Under the pieces are notes generated by a model. That model saw only the letters and a list, made by a program, of their open reading frames with translations, ran no database searches and was not told the DNA's origin. A stretch of 36,903 bases of DNA from assembly GCA_001801745.1 (NCBI GenBank), contig MGYM01000013.1:558-37460 (forward strand), in the 5' to 3' direction. This stretch comes from Gammaproteobacteria bacterium RIFCSPLOWO2_02_FULL_38_11. Lineage in GTDB: Bacteria; Pseudomonadota; Gammaproteobacteria; HIGHO2-12-38-15. The position numbers were made by a program, and so were the translations under genes. Positions 29,701 to 36,783 of this stretch are shown in pieces. Numbering within the stretch: the stretch's first letter is position 1; every line of letters begins with the position of its first letter.

Positions 29701-30704
29701 CACATCGTGCTGCCTTAATGTTAATAGGTGCTTTAGATTATTACTTGAAAGAATCTTTTCAGGTGACTTCATTGCAAAATTTATATAAGCGTCAAATAAA
29801 GCATTTTTTAACAGGAGAAGAGTTAAGCCCGGATGAATTGAAAAAGATTTTAAATACCGCTTTGATATTAAAAAAGGATCGTTTTAAAAAAAATGAAAAA
29901 TTAATTTTAGAAAAAAAACAATTGGCGCTACTGTTTGACAAGCCTTCCTTGCGCACACGTTTTAGTTTTACAGTTGCCATGAGAGAGTTGGGGGGTGATG
30001 TTATTGAAAGTATTCAAACTACACGTAAAGAAGAAACGCCTGAAGATCAAGCGCGGGTGCTGAGTGCTTATTGTAGCGGCATTGTTGTTCGTACATTTGA
30101 TGATGAATATCTTAAAAAAATGTCGAGTATGAGCACGGTCCCTGTGATTAATGGCTTATCTGACTTGCATCATCCCTGCCAAATTTTAGCTGATCTTTTA
30201 ACATTGCTCGAACATTTTAGTTCTTTCCAGAATGTTACTTTATGTTATATCGGCGATGGAAATAACATTTTGCATAGCCTGTTATTACTTGCGCCGCAAA
30301 TGGGCGTGACCTTACATTATTGCTGCCCTGCAAAAAGACAGCCTCATTCTGAAATTTTGAAAAGAAGTTTAGAAAAATTAAATTCATTGACGGGAAAAAT
30401 TATTTCTTTTACAAGCCCTGAAGCTGCCATCAAACATGCCAATGCGGTTTATACGGATGTGTGGACAAGCATGGGCTTTGAAGAAAAAGCAGAAGAGTCT
30501 TTATTTCAAGGATTTCAAATCAATGAGGCATTAATGCAAAAAGCCATGCCGCATGCCATTTTAATGCATTGTCTTCCAATGCAGCGTGGAAAAGAAATCA
30601 GTGAAACCTTGCCTGAGAAAGCCGAATCTGTGATTTTTCAACAAAGTGAAAATCGATTGCATGTTCAAAAATCATTGTTATTAATGTTATTAAAGGGGAA
30701 ATAA
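26688..30704 (+). CDS. carB: Fusion protein: carbamoyl-phosphate synthase large subunit (aa 1-~1036) + ornithine carbamoyltransferase (aa ~1038-1338)
   Basis: One uninterrupted 1338-codon frame. The CarB halves are [23 protein letters not shown]... and [23 protein letters not shown]..., each with an ATP-grasp domain. The OTC part runs from nt 29799 and has KHFL..., [50 protein letters not shown] and [11 protein letters not shown]. The start overlaps the carA end by 17 nt. Confidence 0.9.
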   Translation: MPKRTDIHSILIIGAGPIIIGQACEFDYAGTQACKALKEEGYRIILVNSNPATMMTDPDMADATYIEPLTVESLEKIIIKERPQVLLPTLGGQTALNCALALAKQGILERYHIELIGASIKAIELAENRSLFHDLMKKINLETPASFKIKNIEESKNILKMISFPVIIRPSFALGGTGAGLAYDEKEFLNLCENAFAVSDLQEITIDEALIGWKEFELEVIRDRFDNCIIVCGVENLDPLGVHTGDSITVAPIQTLTDKEYQAMRQDAFSILRAVGVDTGGSNVQFAVHPTTGRRVVIEMNPRVSRSSALVSKASGFPIAKIAAKLAVGYTLDELRNDITGDQLPSSFEPSLDYVVVKIPRFNFEKFPQQENKKGPQMRSVGEVMGIGRTFEEALQKALASLENKNSGFSTIFENLTWDDLKNKIKENGSEQLEAIAEAFRQDKTPRELFELTYIDPWFLEKINSLIQIEKNIKKNKIDDLTLDVLKSYKRQGFSDAHIAACVNSSEEDIRQLRYAMLLHPVYKRVDSCAGEFFTPTAYLYSTYERICEAAPSQKEKILIIGSGPNRIGQGIEFDYCCVHAVKALKKRDYETIMVNCNPETVSTDYDIADRLYFSPLTLEEVLEIIRLEKPKGVFLQWGGQTPLKLAEDLAKVGINLLGLDMQAVHKTEDRYAFQQLLHTLKLKQPENHCVSTIQEGEKTAKQMGFPLIIRPSFVLGGAAMSIINEMEKLKIYLEKAFAMDDRYPVLIEKFLEEALEVDVDVITDGEEVFIPAFLEHIELAGVHSGDSACITPMLNLNKEIQENLKEQIQKIANHLNLKGIFNVQFAIQNQTIYIIEVNPRASRTLPFVCKATGIPLVELAVYCALGEKLQTQSFSSIQSLPYYCVKEAVLPFSKFSKSPVFLGPEMKSTGEVMGIGSTPSEAYAKAQIASGNPLPKPGLAYIVASLQDKKFFSEKLKQLGFKITSKLSSDCALIIAINAFFDPHEEALKAARFAVDKEICYVTSHRAALMLIGALDYYLKESFQVTSLQNLYKRQIKHFLTGEELSPDELKKILNTALILKKDRFKKNEKLILEKKQLALLFDKPSLRTRFSFTVAMRELGGDVIESIQTTRKEETPEDQARVLSAYCSGIVVRTFDDEYLKKMSSMSTVPVINGLSDLHHPCQILADLLTLLEHFSSFQNVTLCYIGDGNNILHSLLLLAPQMGVTLHYCCPAKRQPHSEILKRSLEKLNSLTGKIISFTSPEAAIKHANAVYTDVWTSMGFEEKAEESLFQGFQINEALMQKAMPHAILMHCLPMQRGKEISETLPEKAESVIFQQSENRLHVQKSLLLMLLKGK

Positions 30705-30707
30705 AAT

Positions 30708-31916
30708 ATGGCTGAAAAAATTATATTAGCTTATTCAGGAGGGCTTGACACCTCCTGTTCAATCAAATGGTTAAACGAAAAATATGGTTATGATGTTATT
30801 GCGATGGTCGTGGATGTGGGGGAGGGGAAAGTATTAGAACCCATTCGTGATAAAGCACTGAAAGTGGGTGCGAAGCAATGTTATGTTATGCCTTTACAAA
30901 CGATGTTTTCAGAAGAATTTTTAGTGCCTGCATTACAAGCCAATTGTTTGTATGAAGGTGTTTACCCTTTAATTTCTGCCTTGTCTCGTCCTTTGATTGC
31001 ACGCAGTTTGGTAGAAATTGCAAAAAAAGAAAATGCGGTGGCTGTTGCACATGGTTGTACGGGCAAGGGCAATGACCAAGTACGTTTTGATGTAGCGATA
31101 CATTCTTTGGCGCCACATTTAAAAATCGTTGCGCCTGCCAGAGAAAATCCCATGCCGCGTGAAGAAGCGATTTTGTATGCGAAAAAACATAATATCCCTT
31201 TGCCGATCGATTTAAATAATCCATTTAGCATTGATCAAAATTTATGGGGACGTAGTTGTGAATGTGGTGTATTAGAAGACCCTTGGGTACCGCCACCTGA
31301 AGAAGCTTACGCCTTAACTTCTTCTGTTTTACAATGTCCTGATTTAGCAGAAGAAGTGATCATTGGATTTGAGTCAGGTATTCCAAAGAGTTTAGATGGG
31401 CATCAAAAATTATTACCTGAATTGATTCAAGAACTTAATCAAATAGCAGGAAAGCACGGGGTAGGGCGTATTGATCATGTTGAAAACCGTTTGATTGGTA
31501 TTAAATCCAGAGAGGTATATGAAGCGCCTGCTGCGATGACCTTGATTGCAGCGCATCGTGCATTGGAAGCTTTGACCTTGGTCCGTGAAGTTGCGCATTT
31601 CAAGCCGCTGATTGAAAATGAATTTTCAAATTTAATTTATGAAGGATTATGGTTTTCATCTTTAAGAGAAGCCCTGTATGCATTTATTCAAAAAACGCAA
31701 GAACGAGTGACAGGAAAAGTACGTATAAGATTGCATAAAGGTCAAGCTATTGTTGTGGGACGAAGCTCGCCTTATTCTTTATACATCAAGTCGTTAGCGA
31801 CCTATGCCGAGGAAGATCAATTTGATCATCATGCGGCAGAAGGATTTATTAAATTGTGGGGCTTGCCCACGAAAACAGATCGTAATATTGCTTTCTTAGG
31901 ACAAACGGATGAGTAA
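30708..31916 (+). CDS. argG: Argininosuccinate synthase
   Basis: It has the ATP-binding motif AYSGGLDTS, then [12 protein letters not shown] and [10 protein letters not shown]. The protein is 402 aa and starts 3 nt after the fusion-gene stop. Confidence 0.95.
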   Translation: MAEKIILAYSGGLDTSCSIKWLNEKYGYDVIAMVVDVGEGKVLEPIRDKALKVGAKQCYVMPLQTMFSEEFLVPALQANCLYEGVYPLISALSRPLIARSLVEIAKKENAVAVAHGCTGKGNDQVRFDVAIHSLAPHLKIVAPARENPMPREEAILYAKKHNIPLPIDLNNPFSIDQNLWGRSCECGVLEDPWVPPPEEAYALTSSVLQCPDLAEEVIIGFESGIPKSLDGHQKLLPELIQELNQIAGKHGVGRIDHVENRLIGIKSREVYEAPAAMTLIAAHRALEALTLVREVAHFKPLIENEFSNLIYEGLWFSSLREALYAFIQKTQERVTGKVRIRLHKGQAIVVGRSSPYSLYIKSLATYAEEDQFDHHAAEGFIKLWGLPTKTDRNIAFLGQTDE

Positions 31917-33330
31917 AAAATTGTGGGGTGGTCGTTTCAAAAAGAAGATGCATCCGATTGTTGAGCGTTACACAGCATCAATTATGTTTGATAAAGTGCT
32001 TGTTTTTGAAGATATTTTAGGGAGTTTGGCGCATACAAATATGTTATCTCATTGTGGCATTATCACAAAAAAAGAAGGTGAACTTTTAAAAAAAGGGTTG
32101 GAAAAAATTGCAAGCTTGGTTTCTGAAAATAAAATTAAATTTTTTATAGAAGACGAAGATATTCATATGAATATAGAACGTCTTCTGCATAAGTATATAG
32201 GTCCGACAGCGGGGAAATTACATACGGCACGTAGTCGAAATGATCAAGTGGCTTTAGATTTACATTTATATTTAAGAAAAAAAATATTAAGCATTTTAGA
32301 CTTATTGGTTTTGTTACAAAATAATTTTTTAAAGATAGCAGAAGAAAATGAAGATGTTATTTTGCCGGGTTATACCCATTTACAGCGCGCGCAGCCATTA
32401 CGTTTTTCTCAATATTGTTTTGCTTATATTTCGATGTTTGCCCGTGATATTGAAAATTTAAAATCTTTATGGCCTGCGGTTAATACCTCGCCCTTGGGTG
32501 CATGTGCGCTTTCCGGAACGATTTTACCGACGAATAAAGAATATGTTGCGAAATTGTTGGGATTTGATGCTGTTTATGCGAGTAGCTTAGATGCGGTCAG
32601 TGATCGTGATTTTGTTATTTCATTTTTAGCAGCAGCCAGTCTTATCATGATGCATATTTCAAGATTAAGTGAGGAATGGATTTTGTGGTCCACTCAAGAA
32701 TTTAATTTTATTTCTTTTGACGATGCGTTTTGCACGGGCAGTAGTATGATGCCGCAGAAAAAAAATCCGGACGTGGCGGAATTAGGGCGAGGGAAAACGG
32801 GGCGTGTTTATGGTTCGCTGATATCGCTTTTAAGCATCATGAAAAGCTTGCCTTTGGCTTACAATAAAGATTTGCAAGAAGACAAAGAGCCCTTATTTGA
32901 CACAATAAAAACATTAGAAGACACATTATCGATTTATTCTTTATTATTATCTTCATTGAAAATAAATAAAGAAACGATGAAGAAAGCTTTGGAAAAAGGA
33001 TTTTTAAACGCAACAGTTTTTGCAGAATATTTAGTAAAAAAAGGTTTAGCATTTCGACAAGCGCATGAAGTGGTAGGTCAAATGGTAGCGGTGTGTATTC
33101 ATAAAGAATGTGCATTAGAATTGCTTACTTTAAAAGAGATGCAATCATTTTGTAAATTGATTAAAAATGATGTTTATCGTGTTATTTCTCCTTTGTGCAT
33201 TGAAAAAACCTCTAAAAGAACAATTCAATTTTACCGTGAAAAAATTAAAAAGAATCAACAATGGCTTACTCAAAAAAGTAAATCTATTAAAAAAATATAT
33301 GACCATGCCGGCTTGCCTTTTATCCCATAA
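31909..33330 (+). CDS. argH: Argininosuccinate lyase
   Basis: [10 protein letters not shown] start, TARSRNDQV, and the fumarate-lyase signature [12 protein letters not shown]. It overlaps the argG end by 8 nt. Confidence 0.95.
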   Translation: MSKKLWGGRFKKKMHPIVERYTASIMFDKVLVFEDILGSLAHTNMLSHCGIITKKEGELLKKGLEKIASLVSENKIKFFIEDEDIHMNIERLLHKYIGPTAGKLHTARSRNDQVALDLHLYLRKKILSILDLLVLLQNNFLKIAEENEDVILPGYTHLQRAQPLRFSQYCFAYISMFARDIENLKSLWPAVNTSPLGACALSGTILPTNKEYVAKLLGFDAVYASSLDAVSDRDFVISFLAAASLIMMHISRLSEEWILWSTQEFNFISFDDAFCTGSSMMPQKKNPDVAELGRGKTGRVYGSLISLLSIMKSLPLAYNKDLQEDKEPLFDTIKTLEDTLSIYSLLLSSLKINKETMKKALEKGFLNATVFAEYLVKKGLAFRQAHEVVGQMVAVCIHKECALELLTLKEMQSFCKLIKNDVYRVISPLCIEKTSKRTIQFYREKIKKNQQWLTQKSKSIKKIYDHAGLPFIP

Positions 33331-33342
33331 CACCACTGGCAT

Positions 33343-33387
33343 ATTGGGTGTAATTGGGTATAATTGGGTGTGTGGGTATATCTGGGA
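33343..33387. repeat. 10-bp phased tandem repeat (ATTGGGTRTA x3 plus degenerate units)
   Basis: The units are ATTGGGTGTA, ATTGGGTATA, ATTGGGTGTG, TGGGTATATC and TGGGA. TGGG recurs at 33345, 33355, 33365, 33373 and 33383. A TATAAT at 33359-33364 is embedded, with CTGGCA 17 nt upstream (33336-33341). The repeat lies directly upstream of the fic ATG. Confidence 0.75.
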
Positions 33388-33395
33388 ATGGTTTA

Positions 33396-34484
33396 ATGAG
33401 ACGGCCTTCTGAGGGAAAAATCATAGAAATTAAGCCTATCCGTTTAAATCCTCAAATGCTTAATTTAATTTCTGAAATAGATAGATTTCAGTGTATTTGG
33501 GTGGAGATAAAGGAATTACACCCTGAGCGTTTAGCACAATTACGCAAGGTGGCGACAATTGAGAGCATCGGTTCTTCGACCCGTATTGAAGGTTCTAGAT
33601 TATCAGACAAGGAAGTAGAAAAGTTATTATTAAATATTGAAATCCAGTCTTTTCGTTCACGTGACGAAGAAGAAATAGCGGGTTATGCAGAAGGAATAGA
33701 AGAAATATTCCAGAGTTACGATACCATTCCGCTTACAGAAAATTACATAAAGCAATTGCATTCGATATTATTAAAATACAGTTCTAAAGATGTGCGTCAT
33801 CGGGGAAAATATAAAAAATTTCCCAATCATGTAGAGGCCTTTAATAATCAAGGAAAGAGCGTAGGTATTGTTTTTGAAACAGCAAAGCCGTTCGATACTC
33901 CTTTTTTGATGAAAGAAATAATCCATTGGACCAATGAAGCTTTGCTAAAAAAGACATTACATCCTTTGGTAGTTGTAGGTATTTTTATTGTATGGTTTTT
34001 AGCGATTCATCCTTTTCAAGATGGGAATGGTCGCTTATCACGCGTCTTAACGATTTTGTTATTATTAAGGTTGGGGTATAGCTATGTCCCCTATAGTTCT
34101 TTAGAGAGCATTATCGAAGAAAATAAAAAAAATTATTATCTAGCATTAAGACGAACGCAAGCAACATTAAATAAATCCAATCCTAACTGGACAAGTTGGC
34201 TTAGATTTTTTCTTTCTGTTCTGAAAAAACAGAAGGATAATTTAAATCGAAAATTAAAAAAAGACAGTGTATTAATTGGAAAATTGAATCCATTAGAATT
34301 AGAAATAATGAATCATGTGAAATCCTATTCTCAAGTTACAATCAGCCAACTTGAAAATTTAACAAAAATAAATCGTAATACCTTAAAGAGTTTGCTAAGA
34401 GGATTAGTCAAAAAGAAATATTTGATATTATGTGGAAAGGGGCGTTCTGCGTGGTATGTGCTTGATCTACCTACTATGGATTAG
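33396..34484 (+). CDS. Fic-family protein (class II, N-terminal inhibitory helix; C-terminal winged-helix domain)
   Basis: The Fic motif HPFQDGNGRLSR lies at nt 34008-34043. The inhibitory motif [ST]xxxE[GN] is S-T-R-I-E-G at nt 33576-33593, upstream of the Fic core. The C-terminal ~70 aa are wHTH-like (LELEIMNHVKSYSQVTISQLENLTKINRNTLKSLLRGLVKKKYL). I chose the ATG at 33396. The track's TTG at 33354 would translate the tandem repeat. Confidence 0.85.
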   Translation: MRRPSEGKIIEIKPIRLNPQMLNLISEIDRFQCIWVEIKELHPERLAQLRKVATIESIGSSTRIEGSRLSDKEVEKLLLNIEIQSFRSRDEEEIAGYAEGIEEIFQSYDTIPLTENYIKQLHSILLKYSSKDVRHRGKYKKFPNHVEAFNNQGKSVGIVFETAKPFDTPFLMKEIIHWTNEALLKKTLHPLVVVGIFIVWFLAIHPFQDGNGRLSRVLTILLLLRLGYSYVPYSSLESIIEENKKNYYLALRRTQATLNKSNPNWTSWLRFFLSVLKKQKDNLNRKLKKDSVLIGKLNPLELEIMNHVKSYSQVTISQLENLTKINRNTLKSLLRGLVKKKYLILCGKGRSAWYVLDLPTMD

Positions 34485-34505
34485 TCGTTTATAAAAAACA
34501 TTTTA

Positions 34506-34699
34506 CGTCATTGCGAGAAAAACACGCCCCTTGTTTTAAAAAGAAGAAAAATCTTCCCTGTGTTTTTCGAAGCAATCCAGGACGGAGTTCTTTTTTTTAC
34601 GATTTTTTTAAAAAAGAGTTGATCTGGATTGCTTCAAAAAATGCGTGAATCCTTCTGCTTTTTTTCAAAATCATAAGACGCATTTTTTTCGCAATGACG
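34506..34699. repeat. Nested palindromic repeat element, copy 2 (~194 bp)
   Basis: The outer arms are CGTCATTGCGAGAAAAA (34506-34522) and TTTTTTTCGCAATGACG (34683-34699), with 1 mismatch. The inner arms GAAGCAATCCAG (34569-34580) and CTGGATTGCTTC (34624-34635) are a perfect 12-bp match. It is homologous to the element at 7437-7631. Confidence 0.75.
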
Positions 34700-34826
34700 A
34701 AAATCGCGTTTTCCCAAGGCCTCGTTGAAAATTTTCTGCAAGATTTTTTAATTGTCGCGCCTGAACTCTTTTAAATTAAGAAGTTTTTTTGTTTTAAACT
34801 CCCTATTCATTTTCGCGTGCGATGGA

Positions 34827-35549
34827 TTAATTTTGAAAATACTGTGCTTTCTCCCATTCTTCCTGCGTGTTAATTTCCATTGTTTTTTCATGTGTTAAAT
34901 TGACTTTGATTTTATAGCCATGTTCTAAAACACGTAATTGTTCGAGATTTTCAGCTTTGCCAAGTGGTGTTTCAGGAAGCTCACAATAGATTTTTAGAAA
35001 ATCTTTACGGAAAGCGTAGACACCAAGATGGTGATAGGCAGGCACTTCTTGAATTGTTTCACGAAAATAAGGGATTGGGGCGCGAGAAAAATAAAGTGCG
35101 TTATGGTGTTGATCTGTGACGACTTTTACGATGCTAGGGTTATTAAGATCTTCGGGTAATAAAGGGCAGGCCAGGGTTGTCATCTCAGGCATATCGCCTT
35201 GTAAATAAGAGGAAACGAGTGCTTCCAGCATCTTGGGTTTCATGAAGGGTTCATCCCCTTGTAAATTTATGATAACGTTCATGTCGGGGAAATGTTCTGC
35301 AATGATTGCTGTGCGGTGGGAACCTGAGGGAATAGCAGAATCGGTCATGATAGCCTTGCCGCCCTGACTTTGAATGAGATCAAAAATTTCTTCACTGTCT
35401 GTTGCGACTAAGACTTCTGTCAATAGTGCACACTTGCGAGCATTTTCGTAAACGTGTTGGATCATGGGTTTGCCTTGAATGGGCAACAGAGGTTTGCGAG
35501 CAAGCCGGGTAGAACCGATGCGGCTGGGGATGACACATAAGATTTTCAT
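34827..35549 (-). CDS. kdsB: 3-deoxy-manno-octulosonate cytidylyltransferase (CMP-KDO synthetase)
   Basis: MKILCVIPSRIGSTRLARKPLLPIQGKPMIQHV matches the KdsB N-terminus. Other motifs are NLQGDEP and LEQLRVLE.G. The protein is 240 aa. Confidence 0.92.
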   Translation of the reverse strand: MKILCVIPSRIGSTRLARKPLLPIQGKPMIQHVYENARKCALLTEVLVATDSEEIFDLIQSQGGKAIMTDSAIPSGSHRTAIIAEHFPDMNVIINLQGDEPFMKPKMLEALVSSYLQGDMPEMTTLACPLLPEDLNNPSIVKVVTDQHHNALYFSRAPIPYFRETIQEVPAYHHLGVYAFRKDFLKIYCELPETPLGKAENLEQLRVLEHGYKIKVNLTHEKTMEINTQEEWEKAQYFQN

Positions 35550-35609
35550 GTTTGTTCCTGTGAATCTGAAATTTTAATTTTCTTAAGTATACTTATTTTT
35601 GAGGATAAT

Positions 35610-36632
35610 ATGAATGAAGAAGAAAAGATAAATCAAGTTTGTCAGGCTGTAAAACATCACCCTGATTTTTTTCATAGTATTGTTCTTTTCTATATCCGAT
35701 TAGAATTAGAGAAAAAAGAGCTGGTCCTGACTTCGCGACAGGGGATCATTATCTGTTTTAAACTTTTTTTAGATAAATTACTCCGAGAGTGTAATGAGGC
35801 AGAAGATCAAATGGGTGTCTTTTGTTTGGGGCAAGCGCTTTCTTCTTTTTCTGAAGCTGAGCCAAGTTATCTTCGTCAGTTTTTGCGGTGTTATTCGAAT
35901 GTATTAGAGTATTTATATCTTAATATAATTGAAGATGAAAAATTTATAAAAAAAATTTCGGACTGGGAAAAGTCCCGTGGTTCTATTAGTCATTTGTCCA
36001 TTCAATCTCTTTCTTTGATTGAGGCTGTGAGAAGAAATGATTTTCCTTCACTACGATTATTTTTGAGAAAAAATCGTCAGCTCTGTATAGATTTAAATGA
36101 TAAGATGACTGTTTTAAAAAGGACATTAAAAAAATCCGACAGTTATCTTTATTCTTATCCCGAGATTACTGATGTTGCTAAATCATACGCATTCTCTGTT
36201 ATTAATGTCCCCGATCTTTCGGGTCGTACTGCGATAGATCACGCTGTGGATGGGGTTGTGAAGGGTGATGATAAATACTATGAGGCTTTAGTAGCGTATT
36301 TTGGATTTAAATATATTAACTGCCCAGAGCCAATCTTGGATTCAAGCGAGCTTAATTTCATTCAGCGTTTGTTTGATGCGGGGTATTTGTCAAAAAAAAT
36401 AAAGGAGACGACTGATCTTGAGTACCTCTCTGAGTTTTGTGCTTTTTACTATAATGCTTTGGATCCAAACAGGCGAGAGGCGTTTCTAAAAGTTTATATT
36501 CCACGATGTAATCGTTTTTTATCCCCGTTATGCTCTAGCAAGAGAGTGCATGCAGGGATAAAAGACCAAGAAACAGAATATGATGAGCCAATAGTGCCAA
36601 TGCAGGCGAGTAGTTCTATGTCTTATTCCTGA
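35610..36632 (+). CDS. Hypothetical protein with degenerate ankyrin-like repeats (orphan; effector candidate)
   Basis: A 340-aa ORF with GAGGA 4 nt upstream of the ATG. I recognised no catalytic motif. Two segments resemble ankyrin repeats by eye: LIEAVRRNDFPSLRLFLRKNRQLCIDLND and DLSGRTAIDHAVDGVVKG. The C-terminal tail is acidic and Ser-rich (KDQETEYDEPIVPMQASSSMSYS). Confidence 0.6.
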   Translation: MNEEEKINQVCQAVKHHPDFFHSIVLFYIRLELEKKELVLTSRQGIIICFKLFLDKLLRECNEAEDQMGVFCLGQALSSFSEAEPSYLRQFLRCYSNVLEYLYLNIIEDEKFIKKISDWEKSRGSISHLSIQSLSLIEAVRRNDFPSLRLFLRKNRQLCIDLNDKMTVLKRTLKKSDSYLYSYPEITDVAKSYAFSVINVPDLSGRTAIDHAVDGVVKGDDKYYEALVAYFGFKYINCPEPILDSSELNFIQRLFDAGYLSKKIKETTDLEYLSEFCAFYYNALDPNRREAFLKVYIPRCNRFLSPLCSSKRVHAGIKDQETEYDEPIVPMQASSSMSYS

Positions 36633-36650
36633 AACCTTGTACTTGAAGTC

Positions 36651-36783
36651 GTCCGTGAAAAACGTCCTTTTTGCTTTATTTCTTTGTTGCGCGAATTTTT
36701 TAAATGCTCATTTACGCTATGTAAACTGCGCTTTAAAAAATTCACGCGCCTCGAACTAAAGCAAAATGAGACGTTTTCCGGAC
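36651..36783. repeat. Short diverged member of the palindromic element family, copy 3 (~133 bp)
   Basis: The outer arms are GTCCGTGAAAAACGTC (36651-36666) and GACGTTTTCCGGAC (36770-36783). The inner arms are GCGCGAATTTTTTAAA (36689-36704) and TTTAAAAAATTCACGCGC (36732-36749). The terminal sequences align with copy 2 (CGTC..CG.GAAAAAC / GCAA..TGA). It is followed by a ~100-nt tail homologous to 34705-34804. Confidence 0.6.

Noticed and set aside
33337-33350. TGGCATATTGGGTG, considered as a sigma54 -24/-12 promoter upstream of fic.
   Set aside because: The -12 element would read TTGG rather than the required TTGC, the spacing is marginal, and a sigma70-type CTGGCA-N17-TATAAT reading fits better.
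33343-33387. The 10-bp tandem repeat, considered as a CRISPR array or minisatellite.
   Set aside because: The units are only 10 bp, directly abutting with no spacers, and there are no cas genes. It is reported instead as a phased regulatory-type repeat.
35574-35593. TTAATTTTC-TTAAGTATA tandem half-sites followed by TATACT upstream of the ankyrin-like ORF. I considered this as a PmrA-type (Dot/Icm effector regulon) box.
   Set aside because: The two TTAA cores are 9 bp apart (TTAA-N5-TTAA). The PmrA sites described for Legionella and Coxiella have an 11-bp period (TTAA-N7-TTAA). In AT-rich DNA this partial match is not convincing.
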